Origin: Octopus bimaculoides
Lineage: Eukaryota
NCBI RefSeq assembly: GCF_001194135.2
Contig: NC_068993.1
Location: 17,372,606 to 17,412,381 of the forward strand
Direction: 5' to 3'
DNA: 39,776 nt
The translations under genes were made by a program, and so were the position numbers. Shown one piece after another: positions 11,954-24,365 of this stretch. Each line of letters opens with the position of its first letter. Within the stretch, counting starts at the first letter, position 1. Under the pieces are notes generated by a model. That model ran no database searches. It worked only from the letters and a program-made list of their open reading frames with translations, and had not been told where the DNA came from.

Positions 11954-12081
11954 ACACAGGAGTTCCACTGAGGTGCTCTGAGTAATGATGGATTTAATCA
12001 TCAATTCTGAATGACTACAACATATATTTAACATATCTTTTTTTTCACATCGAGATGTGTGTGTGTATGTTGTGTATCATC

Positions 12082-12262
12082 ATCATCATCAACATTTAAC
12101 ACCTGTTTTTATGCTGGCATGGGTTGGACAGCTTGACAAGAATTGTCAAGATCAGGAGCTACACCAAGTTCCATAGTCTGTTTTGGCTTGGATTCAATGA
12201 CTGGATGCCCTTCCTAACGCCCACCACTCCAGAGAATGTACTGGGTGCTTTTTATGTGGCAC
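12082..12262 (-). mobile_element. RTE 3' tail fragment
   Basis: catcatcat...atgctggcatgggttgga...ggatgcccttcctaacgcc. Confidence 0.8.
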
Positions 12263-12985
12263 ACACACACTCACATGATGAGGATTCAGGTAGAATCAAG
12301 TACTTGAAAAGGTATGCACCAGACAGGGTCGGGTAATCTCTGTTTTTCTGACCTCTGGTTGGTGAGAGTCAAAATATCAGATAGGATATTTCAGTTGTGT
12401 ACACAGAGAAAACTAAACCTATGTGTATTTAGTGCCTAAGGGGCTGGTCCAAATCAAGCGTAACTTTGAACAGTATATTGTTGGTATACTGTAGGGTGTC
12501 CAACAAATCGTAAATCCCCTTGGTGTATTATAATCAAATGAATAGATGAGAAGAAATTTTACAAAGCAAAAGAATATCTCAAGAATACAGGTGGGATATA
12601 TATGTATACACATATACAATGAGTAAGATTTACTACATTTTTGGTTTTGAGAAAGGAAGGGTCCCAAATACCAAATACCTCCCATAATTCTATTAACTGG
12701 AATTTTTTTATGAAATTAAATGCTAGAATTGAAGGGTCTTAGAGTTAACCAAGCAAAAAAATCCCTTGCCATGTTGCAGTTCACCTGTTACAGTTTATTA
12801 TTTAAGCTTGCGTTGATTCCTCCGTGGTGTTGTTTTGCATTTATAATAAAATAAATAAGTACAAATTATGAAAAAAAAAAAAAAAAAATATATATATACA
12901 GTACAGTACTGTTTCTACTTTGCGGATTTTCACCTATCACAAGGGGTTTTGGAACATAACACTCATGATAGTCAAGGGATTACTG

Positions 12986-13018
<33 letters not shown>

Positions 13019-13049
13019 GTTTATATGTGTGGGTATAGGATGTATATGT

Positions 13050-13710
13050 GTAGTATAAATATGCTTACTTCCCAACGACATGGCTTTGGGCTCAGTCCTA
13101 CAGCATGGCACCTTGGACTAGTGTCTTCTACTATAGCTGCGGACTGACCAAAACCTTGTTGAATGTATTGACCTCAGTACTTTTTATTTTTAAAGCTGGT
13201 ACTTACTTTATCAATCTTCTTTGCTGAACTTCTAAGTTACGGGAACATAAACACACCAGCATCAGCTGTCAATCTGTGGTGGTGGTGGTGGTGGTGGTGG
13301 TGGGGGCGACAAACACAGACATAAAGGCATACACACATAGATATATATATACATATATATATGACAGGCTTCTTTCAGTTTCCATCTATCAAATCTACTC
13401 AAGGCTTTGATTGGCCTGAGGCTATAGTAGAAACACTTGCTCAAGGTGCCACACTGTGGGTCTGAACCCTGAGTCGTATATGTATTATTGTATGTATGCA
13501 TGTATGTGTGTATTTGTGTTTGCCCCCCCCCCACCGTTTGACGACTGGTGTTCGTGTGTTTACGTCCCCGTAACCTAGCGGTTCAGCAAAAGAGACAGAA
13601 TAAGTACCAGGATTAAAAAAATAAAAGTATTTGAGTTTATTCATTCGACGAAAAATTCTTCAAGACGGTGCCCCAGCATGGCCGCAGTCAGCTGATTGAA
13701 AAAGATATGA
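13050..13710. mobile_element. Cluster of three SINE family A segments (+ head, - near-full copy, + 3' body)
   Basis: Matches to 16522-16948 in both orientations; (GGT)n at about 13278-13301. Confidence 0.8.
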
Positions 13711-13748
13711 TGCATAGAAATACGCGCGCGCGTGTGTGTGTATGTATG

Positions 13749-13802
<54 letters not shown>

Positions 13803-13883
13803 CATACACGCACATATATATATATACACACACGCATAGATATATGCATGTGTGTATGTATATGTGTTGATATATCATTTTAC

Positions 13884-13962
13884 TTGATGCTGTTTAATCT
13901 CTCGCAGACGAGTGTCCCCCGTAATGTGTTGATGTAACATGCTTCGACTCGTTCAATCATTG
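13884..13962 (-). CDS. Candidate early exon of a - strand transcript ([25 protein letters not shown])
   Basis: Acceptor gtccctgtag| and donor CAA|gtaaaa on -, unique CpG-containing sequence, open frame from ATG at 13960. May be a non-coding UTR exon. Confidence 0.3.
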
Positions 13963-14013
13963 CTACAGGGACACACATCCTTTATAATTATTTTTGTTGT
14001 TGTTGTTATTACT

Positions 14014-14052
<39 letters not shown>

Positions 14053-14199
14053 ATCTATCTCTCTCTCTTTTGTTTTACCTCATGATTTCTGAATTCTTGT
14101 TGTCTTTGTGTTCGGCAGAATCATCCAACCTTTTTTTTTTTTTTTTTTTTTTGTGTGGCTTTCGTTGCTTGTATGACTTTAGGTAATTAATCACACTCA

Positions 14200-14900
14200 C
14201 ATACACATGTAAACATATACATACATACATACACGTGTAAACATGTACACACACGCGCGCGCACACACACACGCACACAATTCGTTCGCATTCTTTTGAA
14301 GTCCTTCCATACCAGTGAATGCGTTATTCAAATCTCTCTCCCTCCCTCTCATCTTTCTCCCTCGCTCTCTTCTTTCTCCCTCTCTCCTGTCATAGTCACT
14401 CACGCGCAAGCACACACACGCACACACGCCGCATTCACGCAGAAGTAAAGAAAGAAAAAAATCGAATGTTTGCATATTTCTCGGACGATCGAGGGCAGAG
14501 TGGGTGATGTCCATCTCGCTGCAGAGTAAATTATTTTCTTTTCAATATCGTTTGACACTTTCGGTCTCAACTTTCAGTCGGGCTAAAATATTCAACCTCG
14601 GGAAGGAAACTCGATAGCTATCTGACAGTTATTGATTTGCAGCACGGTCACAAGGACTCAGATTTATGATGGATAGTTCAAATAGGATATTGTCATGTTT
14701 ATGCCTATCTTAATGGGGGCATTATCGACTTAAAGTAACGTGATATGGCTTCAACAAGGAATCGAAACCGTATACCGACGAACTGTGTTCGCCGGGAACG
14801 TAGATTTTTACTCTGCAGCACTTGTTGCTCTTTATGGCGTATGTATCTTAAATTTATTTCATTGCTTTAATCGTTTTATCAAAGAGTCATAAAAAGAAGT
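14200..14900. promoter_or_regulatory. CpG-rich promoter-like region, possibly divergent
   Basis: Dense CpG in unique sequence. Minus-strand donors at 14403 (gtgagt) and 14078 (gag|gtaaaa); weak + donor gtaaat at 14526. Confidence 0.45.
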
Positions 14901-15300
14901 ACTAATAAACGAACGAAATGGTTTATAGATAGTGGTTAGTTGTCTATATTTTAATTCACTACCTGTGGGAGTCGTAATTATTTCCACGCAAGTTCTCAGT
15001 GATCACTTATAGATTACATAATAATAATAATAATAATAATAAAAACAGCAACAACGTTAATTGTGAAAAGAAAAATCGAATGATAAAAGCAATATTATTG
15101 TTTTCTTTCGTGATTATCATAATTTTGATTAGAATTTTCTTTTTCAATTATGTAAGTTGACCTTTGTAGATCTTGGATCACTGCCAAAATTTCATGTTGG
15201 ATACCATTATAGTAATCTAACTAACCATAAATAAAAGCTACAGCTAACATTCCAATGCATTAAGGGCTTAGCTCTTTTGAGTAAGTTTTTTTTTTAATTC

Positions 15301-15301
<1 letters not shown>

Positions 15302-15356
<55 letters not shown>
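15302..15356. repeat. (TTA)n microsatellite
   Basis: Directly visible. Confidence 0.95.
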
Positions 15357-15357
<1 letters not shown>

Positions 15358-16521
15358 TTCGATTGATATTATTAATCATCTGCGCTGTGTCTTTGCACTG
15401 TGAGTACCCTTTTCTTATAACTGTGTCTCTTCTACCCTTTTTAATTGTATGAAATCTCTTAATAATATTGATTTCTTTGAAACTAGTCACGAAGCCATTT
15501 CTCAGGGTAACAAACAATGCAAGTCAACTTTAAATCAATACTCTCGTGTGATTTAATCTGTTAATGTTAACTGTTCAATTTAATGCCAAACTTTTGTACT
15601 CGCATTATTAATCAATCACAGTTATATATTTACTGACATTTCCACTGAGAAATTTCGATACAAATACTTCGTTATCGAGTTATTGCTGAGTAACACTGTC
15701 CTGTGCTGTTCGAACACTGATACACTGATAGATAATCGAACACCGAAAATGAAATTGCTTGGTGTTGAGATTCTCACGCTGACAAATATCAGCACACCCT
15801 TAAAAAAAAGGGGGTAATTTTTGACGTCCCCCTTTATTAACCAGTGCGTTATGAGTGAGATTGTCAGCCTAGGCAACGTTTTTACTGGGTCGGTACTTTC
15901 GGGTTTGCTGTATAAGTCTGTATATGTTTGGAGATCTGTCAAGGGGAAACTCAAAGGTTGCCCCGGGTGGCACTCGCTCTGGGTACACCCCTGCCCTTTA
16001 TAAAAGAAAATATAAAATAGAATTTGCATCCATATAGTTCTTTCTTTGTCATGGTATTGACAAGTTTAAAAAGTTTAAAACCATATTAACTCGATCAAAC
16101 ACAGCAATTTGTCTACCTTCTTTTGAATTCTCGTAGGCTTTTCCCATCCCTTATGTGAAACACTGGTTTAGTGGATGTGGTATTAAATTTTCAGTTCAAA
16201 GATTTTGAGTTCAAATCCACTCCAAACATTTCATTGTGTATTTAACTGGTACATTTAATTCTACTTCGGTCTCAGTTCATCTAGCTGTTGAAAATAGATA
16301 CCATGGGAATGTTACATGAGATAGACTGGCAGTGTATCTAGGGTAGGATTATAATTTTTTATCTACTTAAATACGTAATGACAAGGTAAAGCAAAAGCCC
16401 CTAAAAACTAGTTTAGGTTCTAAAAGTATTTACATTTTAAATGAAAGACTTTGGTGTTACTCATAGCTGCAGCATAAATAGTAAGACATGCTACAATCTG
16501 CACTTTGTGTACTTTGTCATA

Positions 16522-16731
16522 TACTCTTTTACTTGTTTCAGTCATTTGACTGCGGCCATGCTGGAGCACCGCCTTTAGTCGAGAAAATCGACTCCAGGAC
16601 TTATTCTTTAGCTGCCTAGTACTTATTCTATCGGTTTCTTTTGCCGAACCGCTAAGTTACGGGGACGTAAACACACCAGCATCGGTTGTCAAGCGATGTT
16701 GGGGGCACAAACACAGACACACAAACATATG

Positions 16732-16768
<37 letters not shown>

Positions 16769-16948
16769 GTATACGTACATATATACGACGGGCTTCTTTC
16801 AGTTTCCGTCTACCAAATCCATTCACAAGGCTTTGGTCAGCCCGAGGCTATAGTAGAAGACACTTGCCCAAGTTGCCATGCAGTGGGAATGAACCCGGAA
16901 CCATGTGGTTGGTAAGCAAGCTACTTATCACACAGCCACTCCTGCGCC
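16522..16948 (-). mobile_element. Full-length tRNA-head SINE, family A, with internal (CA)/(TA) microsatellite
   Basis: Head ggcgcaggagtggctgtgtg (A-box-like), ggttccgggttcattccc (B-box-like), CORE-like ttgggcaagtgtcttct, internal microsatellite, 3' body ending caagtaaaagagta. CpG-rich, so probably recent. Confidence 0.9.
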
Positions 16949-17619
16949 TAATGAGGTTACTTGTTTTGAATAATGAAAAAATTCTATTTTAAATTCTTAG
17001 CCTTAAAAATGGCAACTGATAGAGGCTGTTATTTAAATTGGTTTTCAAATAGTCTCTCATTTCTATATTGTAATCTTTACTTTTGATGAATAGAATAGGA
17101 AATGATATTTACAGCATAAGGTTGTGTAAGTGTTAATTTATTTCAGTTTCCATATGAGTTTTTTTTTTTGTAGGATACACTAGTTCTAGGATGTTTGAAA
17201 ATGCATTGGGTTATTGGGGTATCACTGAAGATTTCATTTTTATATTGTGGATCTAGAACAGGCATAGGGCAATATTTTTTGAGGGGGATGCATATGACAT
17301 GACTCATCAAGAGCAGAGTTGCACTACTAAAAGATTCGACGTAATTTTACATTAGGCATGCCATTTGGAAAATCTTGTGGGCTGCAGATTGCCCCTAACA
17401 GGTCCAGAGCATGTTAGACTAGTCTGGTGGAGCCCTTTCCATCTCTAAGCTACTTTCCTAGTGTGATTTGAACTTGGAATGTCTGGTTAACACAACTAGT
17501 TAATTACAGTGTTGCTGCTGCTGCTAACAGCAGTGAGTTATTCCACGTATATACAGCCACATGGAGTGAGCTGTATCAGTTAATTGTTCTGACCATAGAC
17601 ACAAAACAGACGCAGAAGC

Positions 17620-18818
17620 CATCATCGTCATCATCATTTAAGTCTGCTTTCCATGCTGGCATGGGTTGGATGGTTTGCCTGAGGACTCGCAAGCCAGGAG
17701 GCTGCACCAGGCTCCAATCTGATCTGGCAAGGTTTCTACAGCTGGATGCTCTTCATAATGTCAACCACTCTGAGAGTGTAGTTGGTACTTTTTACATGCC
17801 ACCGGCATGGGGGCCAGTTAGGCGGCACTAGCATCAACCATTTTCAAATGGTGTTTTTTACGTGCCACCGGCATGGGAGTCAGTCAAGCGACACTGGCAT
17901 CAACCACACTCAAGTGGTGCTTTTTACGTGCCACTGACATACGTGCCAGTCAGGCAGCACTGGCATTGGCCACAACTACGATTTCACTTGACTCAGTTGG
18001 TCTTTTCAAGCATAGCATATTGCTTGACGATTGAAGTATACTTTCAAACGGGCCAGTTATGTGACACTGGCATTGGCCACGGCTATGATCTCACTTGGCT
18101 TGTCAAGTCTTCTCAAGCACAGCATATCTCCAAAGGTCTTGGTCACTTGTCATTGCCTCTGTGAGGCCCAGCGTTCAAAGGTTGTGTTTCACCTCCTCAT
18201 CCCATGTCTTCCTGGGTTTACCTCTTCCACAGGTTTCCTCCACTGTTAAGGTGTGACACTTCTTCACACAGCTCTCTTCATCCATATGCAACACATGACC
18301 ATACCAGGGCAGCCGTCTCTCTTGCACACCACATCTGATGCTTCTTATGTCCAACTTTTCTCTCAGGGCGCTTACACTCTGTCATGTCTGTACACTGACA
18401 TTACACATCCAGTGGAGCATACTAGCTTCATTTCTTTCAAGCCTATGCATGTCCTCAGCAGTCACAGCTTATGTTTCACTACAGTGTAGAATGGCTGTTC
18501 GCACACATGCATCATACAGTCTACCTTTCACTCTGAAGGGGAGGCCCTTTGTTACGAGCGGAGGTAGGAGCTCTCTGAACTTTGCTCAGGCTATTCTTAT
18601 TCTAGCAGTTACGCTCTCAGAGCATCCACTCCCGCTACTGACTTGGTCACCTAGGTAATGGCAGTTATTTACTGCTTTTAGTTTTTCCCCCTGGTATGTG
18701 ATGGAAACTGTTTTCTGTACATCTTTGGTGTTTATTGTCCCTGTGCATCTGCCACACACAAAAACTATCTTCCTAGTTAACCTTCCTTTGATATTGCTGC
18801 ACCTCTTATGAACCACCA
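17620..18818 (-). mobile_element. 5'-truncated RTE-clade LINE, degenerate ORF C-terminus plus 3' UTR
   Basis: Minus translation gives VHKRCSNIKGRLTRKIVFVCGRC...CHYLGDQVSSG...RRLPWYGHVLHMDEESCVKK...GRGKPRKTWDEEV, typical of the RTE RT C-terminus; in-frame stops; ends in a (GAT)n tail. Confidence 0.9.
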
Positions 18819-19011
18819 AATCACCTGCTCAACTCTGCTGTTACTGTCTACATCTCTGGATCTAGTTTTAGGAGAGTTATATAAGTTTCTAACATCAGGA
18901 GAAGGTAAAACATTTTAGGAGACAAAGTTGATTAAATCTGTTTCAATTCTTGTCTGGTACTTATTTTATTTACTCACAGGAGAATGAAAGACAGTCAGCC
19001 TTGGAGGGATT

Positions 19012-19221
19012 TTAAACCTTTAGCATTTAAACTGGCCGTATCTGGCCTAAACATTTTCTATTGTATGATCAAACCAGCCAGATTAGGCTTCTCACACCTG
19101 CCCTGCATTGTCATTCTAAAAATATATACAATCACATCATCAAAATCTCATGATTAATTCAAAACTATGTGAATAAATAAGCGTTACATTTGACAGACTA
19201 ATCTGAATGCTGAAGGGTTAA
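19012..19221 (+). mobile_element. TTAA-flanked piggyBac-like MITE (family E)
   Basis: ttaaacctttagcatt...aatgctgaagggttaa termini. Confidence 0.85.
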
Positions 19222-19947
19222 ATCAATATAAAGCAATGCAACTAAATTTGACAAGATGATCTTATCCAACTTTTAACTGGTTCTGTCTTTATATTGTAAT
19301 TTAGAAGTATATTGACATATTAGGAGCCTCTGTGTAGTCACTTGATCTGCTAAACATAGCAGCTAAGTTCCCCGAAAGAAAAAAAAGGAAGATGATGTAG
19401 TCTCTGATATACAAAAAGATGGGATGGTTATGGCTGGAGTGCTTTTCTATGATAGTGATGCTTGTTTACAACTACTGCATAATGTCAATAGGCACAAATA
19501 TATGCATGTGTACACACATATGATGGGCTTCTTTTAGTTTCCATCTACCTGTGCTATAGTAGAAGACACCTGTTTCTTTCAATTTCAGTCCACCAAAGCT
19601 GCTCACAAGGCTTTGGTTGGTCTGAGGCTATAGTAGAAGACACTTGTCCAAGGTGCCATGCAGTGAGACTGAACCTAGAATCATGCGGTTGGGAAGCAAA
19701 CTTCTTACAACACAGCTATGCCTTTACCCACACAAACATATATATATATAGTTTTATTGATTTTAGTCATTGAACTGCAATCATATTGGGGTACTGTCTT
19801 AAAGCATTTACTTGATTTCTACTACTCATTCCAGTCACCTACTTATTTTATCAATAAGTATGTGTGTGTAGCTCTATTATGTGTGTGTGCCATTTAGTGA
19901 TACTTGTTATCATTTATATAAAGTCAAATTATACTTGCTTAGTTTTG

Positions 19948-20212
19948 CCCTTTGCTTCCTACGGAGCATAGGCCATTGACACCTATTTTCCTCTAGTGTG
20001 CTTGACTCTGGGGTGTCATTTTTGCTTCTCTCTATTTGGACCCTTGCTTTTTCAGCTGTGTTTCAGTACCCCACCTCCAGCTACTGTTAGAGTGTCTCCC
20101 TTGTGAGTTTCCCCAGGTGGTCAGAAGGGGCGTCTGCCTTGCATCTTCCTTTTGGATTTCGTTGCACCATGTCATGTTTCCTTTGAGGGAAGGCCTTCTT
20201 CTCCCAGGTCCT
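19948..20212 (-). mobile_element. Degenerate LINE (RTE-like) C-terminal fragment of another family
   Basis: Minus strand reads ...IQRKMQGRRPF.PPGETH... and ...VNGLCSVGS, resembling the end of an RTE-type ORF. Confidence 0.5.
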
Positions 20213-20329
20213 GTTGGTTTTGAATTTTCATTAATACTTCACTAACTTTTTATTTTTTTTCTAGGTAGGGGTTTTGGTCCCATGCAAACTCATTTTTATC
20301 TCTGAGAAGTGGTGATCCATAATAGTATT

Positions 20330-20540
20330 ATTGGTGTCACGCAACTGGCACCTCTGCTGGTGGCATGTAAAAGCACCCATTACACTCTTGGGTTGGTTGG
20401 CATTAGGAAGGGGATGCAGCTGTAGAAACTATGCCAAATCTGACTGGAATCTGGTGTAGCCCCTCAGCTTACCAGCCCTGGTCAAACCATCCAACCCCTG
20501 CCAGCATGGACAACAGACGTTAAAAGACGATGATGATGAT
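20330..20540 (+). mobile_element. RTE 3' tail fragment
   Basis: ggcattaggaagggg...gccagcatggacaacagacgttaaaagacgatgatg. Confidence 0.8.
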
Positions 20541-20580
20541 ATATATATGTATAGGTGTGTGTATATGTATATATATATAT

Positions 20581-21003
20581 NNNNNNNNNNNNNNNNNNNN
20601 NNNNNNNNNNNNNNNNNNNNNNNNNNNNNNNNNNNNNNNNNNNNNNNNNNNNNNNNNNNNNNNNNNNNNNNNNNNNNNNNNNNNNNNNNNNNNNNNNNNN
20701 NNNNNNNNNNNNNNNNNNNNNNNNNNNNNNNNNNNNNNNNNNNNNNNNNNNNNNNNNNNNNNNNNNNNNNNNNNNNNNNNNNNNNNNNNNNNNNNNNNNN
20801 NNNNNNNNNNNNNNNNNNNNNNNNNNNNNNNNNNNNNNNNNNNNNNNNNNNNNNNNNNNNNNNNNNNNNNNNNNNNNNNNNNNNNNNNNNNNNNNNNNNN
20901 NNNNNNNNNNNNNNNNNNNNNNNNNNNNNNNNNNNNNNNNNNNNNNNNNNNNNNNNNNNNNNNNNNNNNNNNNNNNNNNNNNNNNNNNNNNNNNNNNNNN
21001 NNN
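20581..21003. other. Assembly gap (others at 2478-2513, 6117-6126, 21719-21948, 25306-25315)
   Basis: N runs, all at low-complexity tracts. Confidence 1.
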
Positions 21004-21115
21004 ATATGTGTTTGTGTGTTTATATATATATATATATAGGTAAATATGTGTTTGTGTGTTTATATATATATATATATAGGTAAATATGTGTTTGTGTGTT
21101 TATATATATATATGT
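21004..21115. repeat. ~40-bp minisatellite running into a 423-N gap
   Basis: Three units of atatgtgtttgtgtgtt(ta)nggtaa. Confidence 0.85.
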
Positions 21116-21439
21116 AAGTATGTGTGTGTGTGTCTGTACATATGTATATACAGTTTTTGGATTGGATTGCCTATGTTCAGTCCACAGCAGGAGGAAGGAT
21201 TGAGCAGGATCTCCACTGAGATCATACTGGTTTGATGAGCCAATTCTGTCACACACTGGCTTGACATGGAAATGCAGTTTTTACATTCTGACTGAGGAGT
21301 AATTAAGTTGATTACATTGCCTCTGCAAAGTCAATCTCATTGGAATTTGAACTCAAAACGTAAAGATAGATTAAATACTGCTAAATATTTTGCCCAGTGT
21401 GTTAACGATTTTGTCAGCTCACTACCTGTATACATATAC

Positions 21440-22390
21440 ATATATTCTTTTATTTTTTTACCTGTTTCAGTCATTTGTCTGTTGCCATGCTGGAGCACTG
21501 CCTTGAAGGGATTTCGTCGAACAAATTGACCCTGGGACTTATTTCTTTTTAAGCTTAGTACTTATTCCATTGGTCTCTTATGCTGACCTGCTAAGTTACA
21601 GGGACATAAACACACCAACACTGGTTGTCAAGTGGTGATGGGGGTATAAACACAGACACAAACACACACACATACACAGATATTTACATTATATATATAT
21701 ATATATGTGTATATATATNNNNNNNNNNNNNNNNNNNNNNNNNNNNNNNNNNNNNNNNNNNNNNNNNNNNNNNNNNNNNNNNNNNNNNNNNNNNNNNNNN
21801 NNNNNNNNNNNNNNNNNNNNNNNNNNNNNNNNNNNNNNNNNNNNNNNNNNNNNNNNNNNNNNNNNNNNNNNNNNNNNNNNNNNNNNNNNNNNNNNNNNNN
21901 NNNNNNNNNNNNNNNNNNNNNNNNNNNNNNNNNNNNNNNNNNNNNNNNATATATATATTCGTTGGGGTTCTTTCAGTTTCCACCCATCAAATGCACTCAC
22001 AAAGCGTCGGTCAGCCCGACGCTATTGTAGAAGACACTTGCCAAAGGTACCGTGCAGTGGGACCGAATCTGGAACCATGTGGTTGGGAAGAAAGCTTCTT
22101 ACATACATACATCTATGTATATTTATGTATATGTGTAAAAAAATGTATATATATATATATATATATCTGTTTGTATATTTTTGTGTTTGTATTGTGTTTG
22201 TCCTCCACCAACGCTTGACAACCAGTGTCGACTTGTTTATGTTTCCATAACTTAATTTGACATAAGTGATCGATAGAATAAATACCAGACATTGAATTAA
22301 ATACTGGGGTCAATTTGTTTGACTAAACCCTCCAAGGGAGTGCCCCAGCATAGCTGCAGTTCAATGACTGAAACAAGTTAAAAAAAAAAA
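21440..22390. mobile_element. SINE family A: - copy (about 21440-22100, with gap) and + 3' body (about 22180-22390)
   Basis: Matches family A; the N gap sits at the internal TA tract. Confidence 0.8.
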
Positions 22391-23187
22391 AATCAGGCTC
22401 AGTATTTCTCTGTGTTTCATGTTACTAAATAATGTAGCTGTCAATATCCAACAAAAGTATGTTGTTACTATGTTAATTATGTGTGCTAATGTATTTCTAT
22501 TGCATTTTGGTTTTGAGGCAACTGATTAAAATTTTCTACACATATCCTGTTGCTCATTTACCAAACAGTTGACAAGCTAAATGGAGAGAGAGAAAGAGAG
22601 AGAGAAATAGAAAGGGAAAGAGAACTGAGCTGCATAGTTGATATGCAAATAACTTTGTAGAAAACCAAAATTTCTGAAGGCAAAAACAAAAATTATATCC
22701 TAGCTTCTGCAGTTACTGAGAAACCAGAGCGGGCATTGAAACAATCAATCAATTAATTGATCAATCAAGCAAACAGACTTGTTAAAAGCTGTAGAACCTA
22801 ATTATTTGGTTGTTAGGGGTGCACAATGACGGTATTTTTGATGGATGTATAGACTGATGTAGGGACAGGAGAGGGAGAGAGAGAGAGAAAGAGAGAACTA
22901 TTTAAAGTGATAAAACGTCTGGGGAAAAAGGTGTATTTTGTTTAATGCATTGTTTAGATAATTCCTTACAAAAGGGCTCCCATGGCGATGACTAATTACT
23001 TTTGGTGTTATGTTTAATTTTTATTGAATGTGGCTGTGGTAAGAAGTTTGCTTTGTAACCACATGGTTCTGTGTTCAGTCCCACTGTGTGGCACCTTGGG
23101 CCTTGGGCAAGTATCTTCTGCTGTAGGCTCCGGCCAACCAAGTCCTTGTGAATTGATTTGGTAGATGGAAACTGAAAGAAGCAAGTT

Positions 23188-23200
23188 GTATGTGTGTGTG

Positions 23201-23267
<67 letters not shown>

Positions 23268-23275
23268 GTGTGTGT
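23188..23275. repeat. (TG)n(TA)n microsatellite after a SINE head starting at about 23020
   Basis: Directly visible. Similar TA tracts at 1-35, 5990-6245, 13720-13870, 37950-37990 and 39648-39725. Confidence 0.95.
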
Positions 23276-23477
23276 GTTCTGTGTCTGTTTCCTTTCTTAA
23301 GCTGGTAGGGTGTGATTCGAGAAAGATTTGGCTGCTATTTCTTGTTGGTCGAGCAATTGTTTAGAGTAGAGATGAGGTCTTTTTAGAACTGCAGTGAATT
23401 GCAAATGCATAAGACTAGGAAGGGGGTACATCTGTATTGAAGAGAATTATGAAACTTACATTAACATCATTATCCCC

Positions 23478-23906
23478 ATCATCATCATCATCGTTTTATT
23501 TTTCACTTTTCCATGCTAGCATGGGTCTGATGGAGTTTATTGAAGCAGATTTTCTATGGGCAGATGCCCCTCCTGTTGTCAACCTTCTCCTGATTCCAAG
23601 AAAGGTAATATTTCCCCATAGCCAGGCATGTTTTCACAGAATACTAGAAATGAACAACACTGCTTGTATGACAGTGACATTCATTTACAACTATCACATG
23701 ATATCAAAACAAGGCAACACACACACACACACACATGTATGCATATATGATGGACATCTTTCAGTTTCTGTCTATGAAATCCACTTACAAGGTTTTGGTT
23801 GTCCCAAGGTTACAGTTGAAGTCACTTGTCCAAGGTGTCACACAGTGAGATTGAACTCCAAACCATGTGGTTAGGAAGTAAACTTCTTAACCACATACCT
23901 ATGCCT
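23478..23906 (-). mobile_element. SINE family B copy
   Basis: Reverse match to 25352-25740 and 36582-36985. Confidence 0.85.
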
Positions 23907-24365
23907 ACGACCTTAATCTTATAAAAGTTCATGGGTATAGAACTTATATTTGTTTTGGTTTGAAGGTTTAAACATTTTTCTGTATGTTTTTTTTTTCTGT
24001 TTACAAATTTTATCAGGGGACAGTTTAAAATTAGCATGCAGACCAAATTTCACATGTAGACAAAGAGTTCTCCAGCCTCTGTTGTAGAAGTTCCCTCATA
24101 AACAAGAAAGTTCACATCTTGTGTGTTGGATGTAGATTGCTTGCTCAATAAAAAAAGAGACCAATAGGATAAGTACTAGGCTTAAAAAATAAGTCCTGGG
24201 GTTGATTTGTTCGACATACCCTTCAAGGCAATACTCCAGCATGGCCGCAGTCAAATGACTGAAACAAATAAAAGAATAAAGAATGGACGGAATATTGCTA
24301 AGCATGTTGCCTGGTATAATAATGATTCTGCCAGCTTGCTGTCTTTTCAGAGACAGTAATATTAT

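Noticed and set aside
12433-12494. + strand exon-like frame VPKGLVQIKRNFEQYIVGIL*
   Set aside because: No phase-compatible upstream exon with good splice sites and no recognised homologue.
15622-16029. 135-aa minus ORF and a caggggtgtacccag TIR-like end at about 15992
   Set aside because: No recognisable domain and no matching second TIR or TSD found; probably a DNA transposon remnant that cannot be delimited.
17790-17965. CRISPR-like repeat-spacer array
   Set aside because: Eukaryotic DNA; the units are degenerate tandem repeats inside a LINE 3' UTR, with no unique spacers or cas genes.
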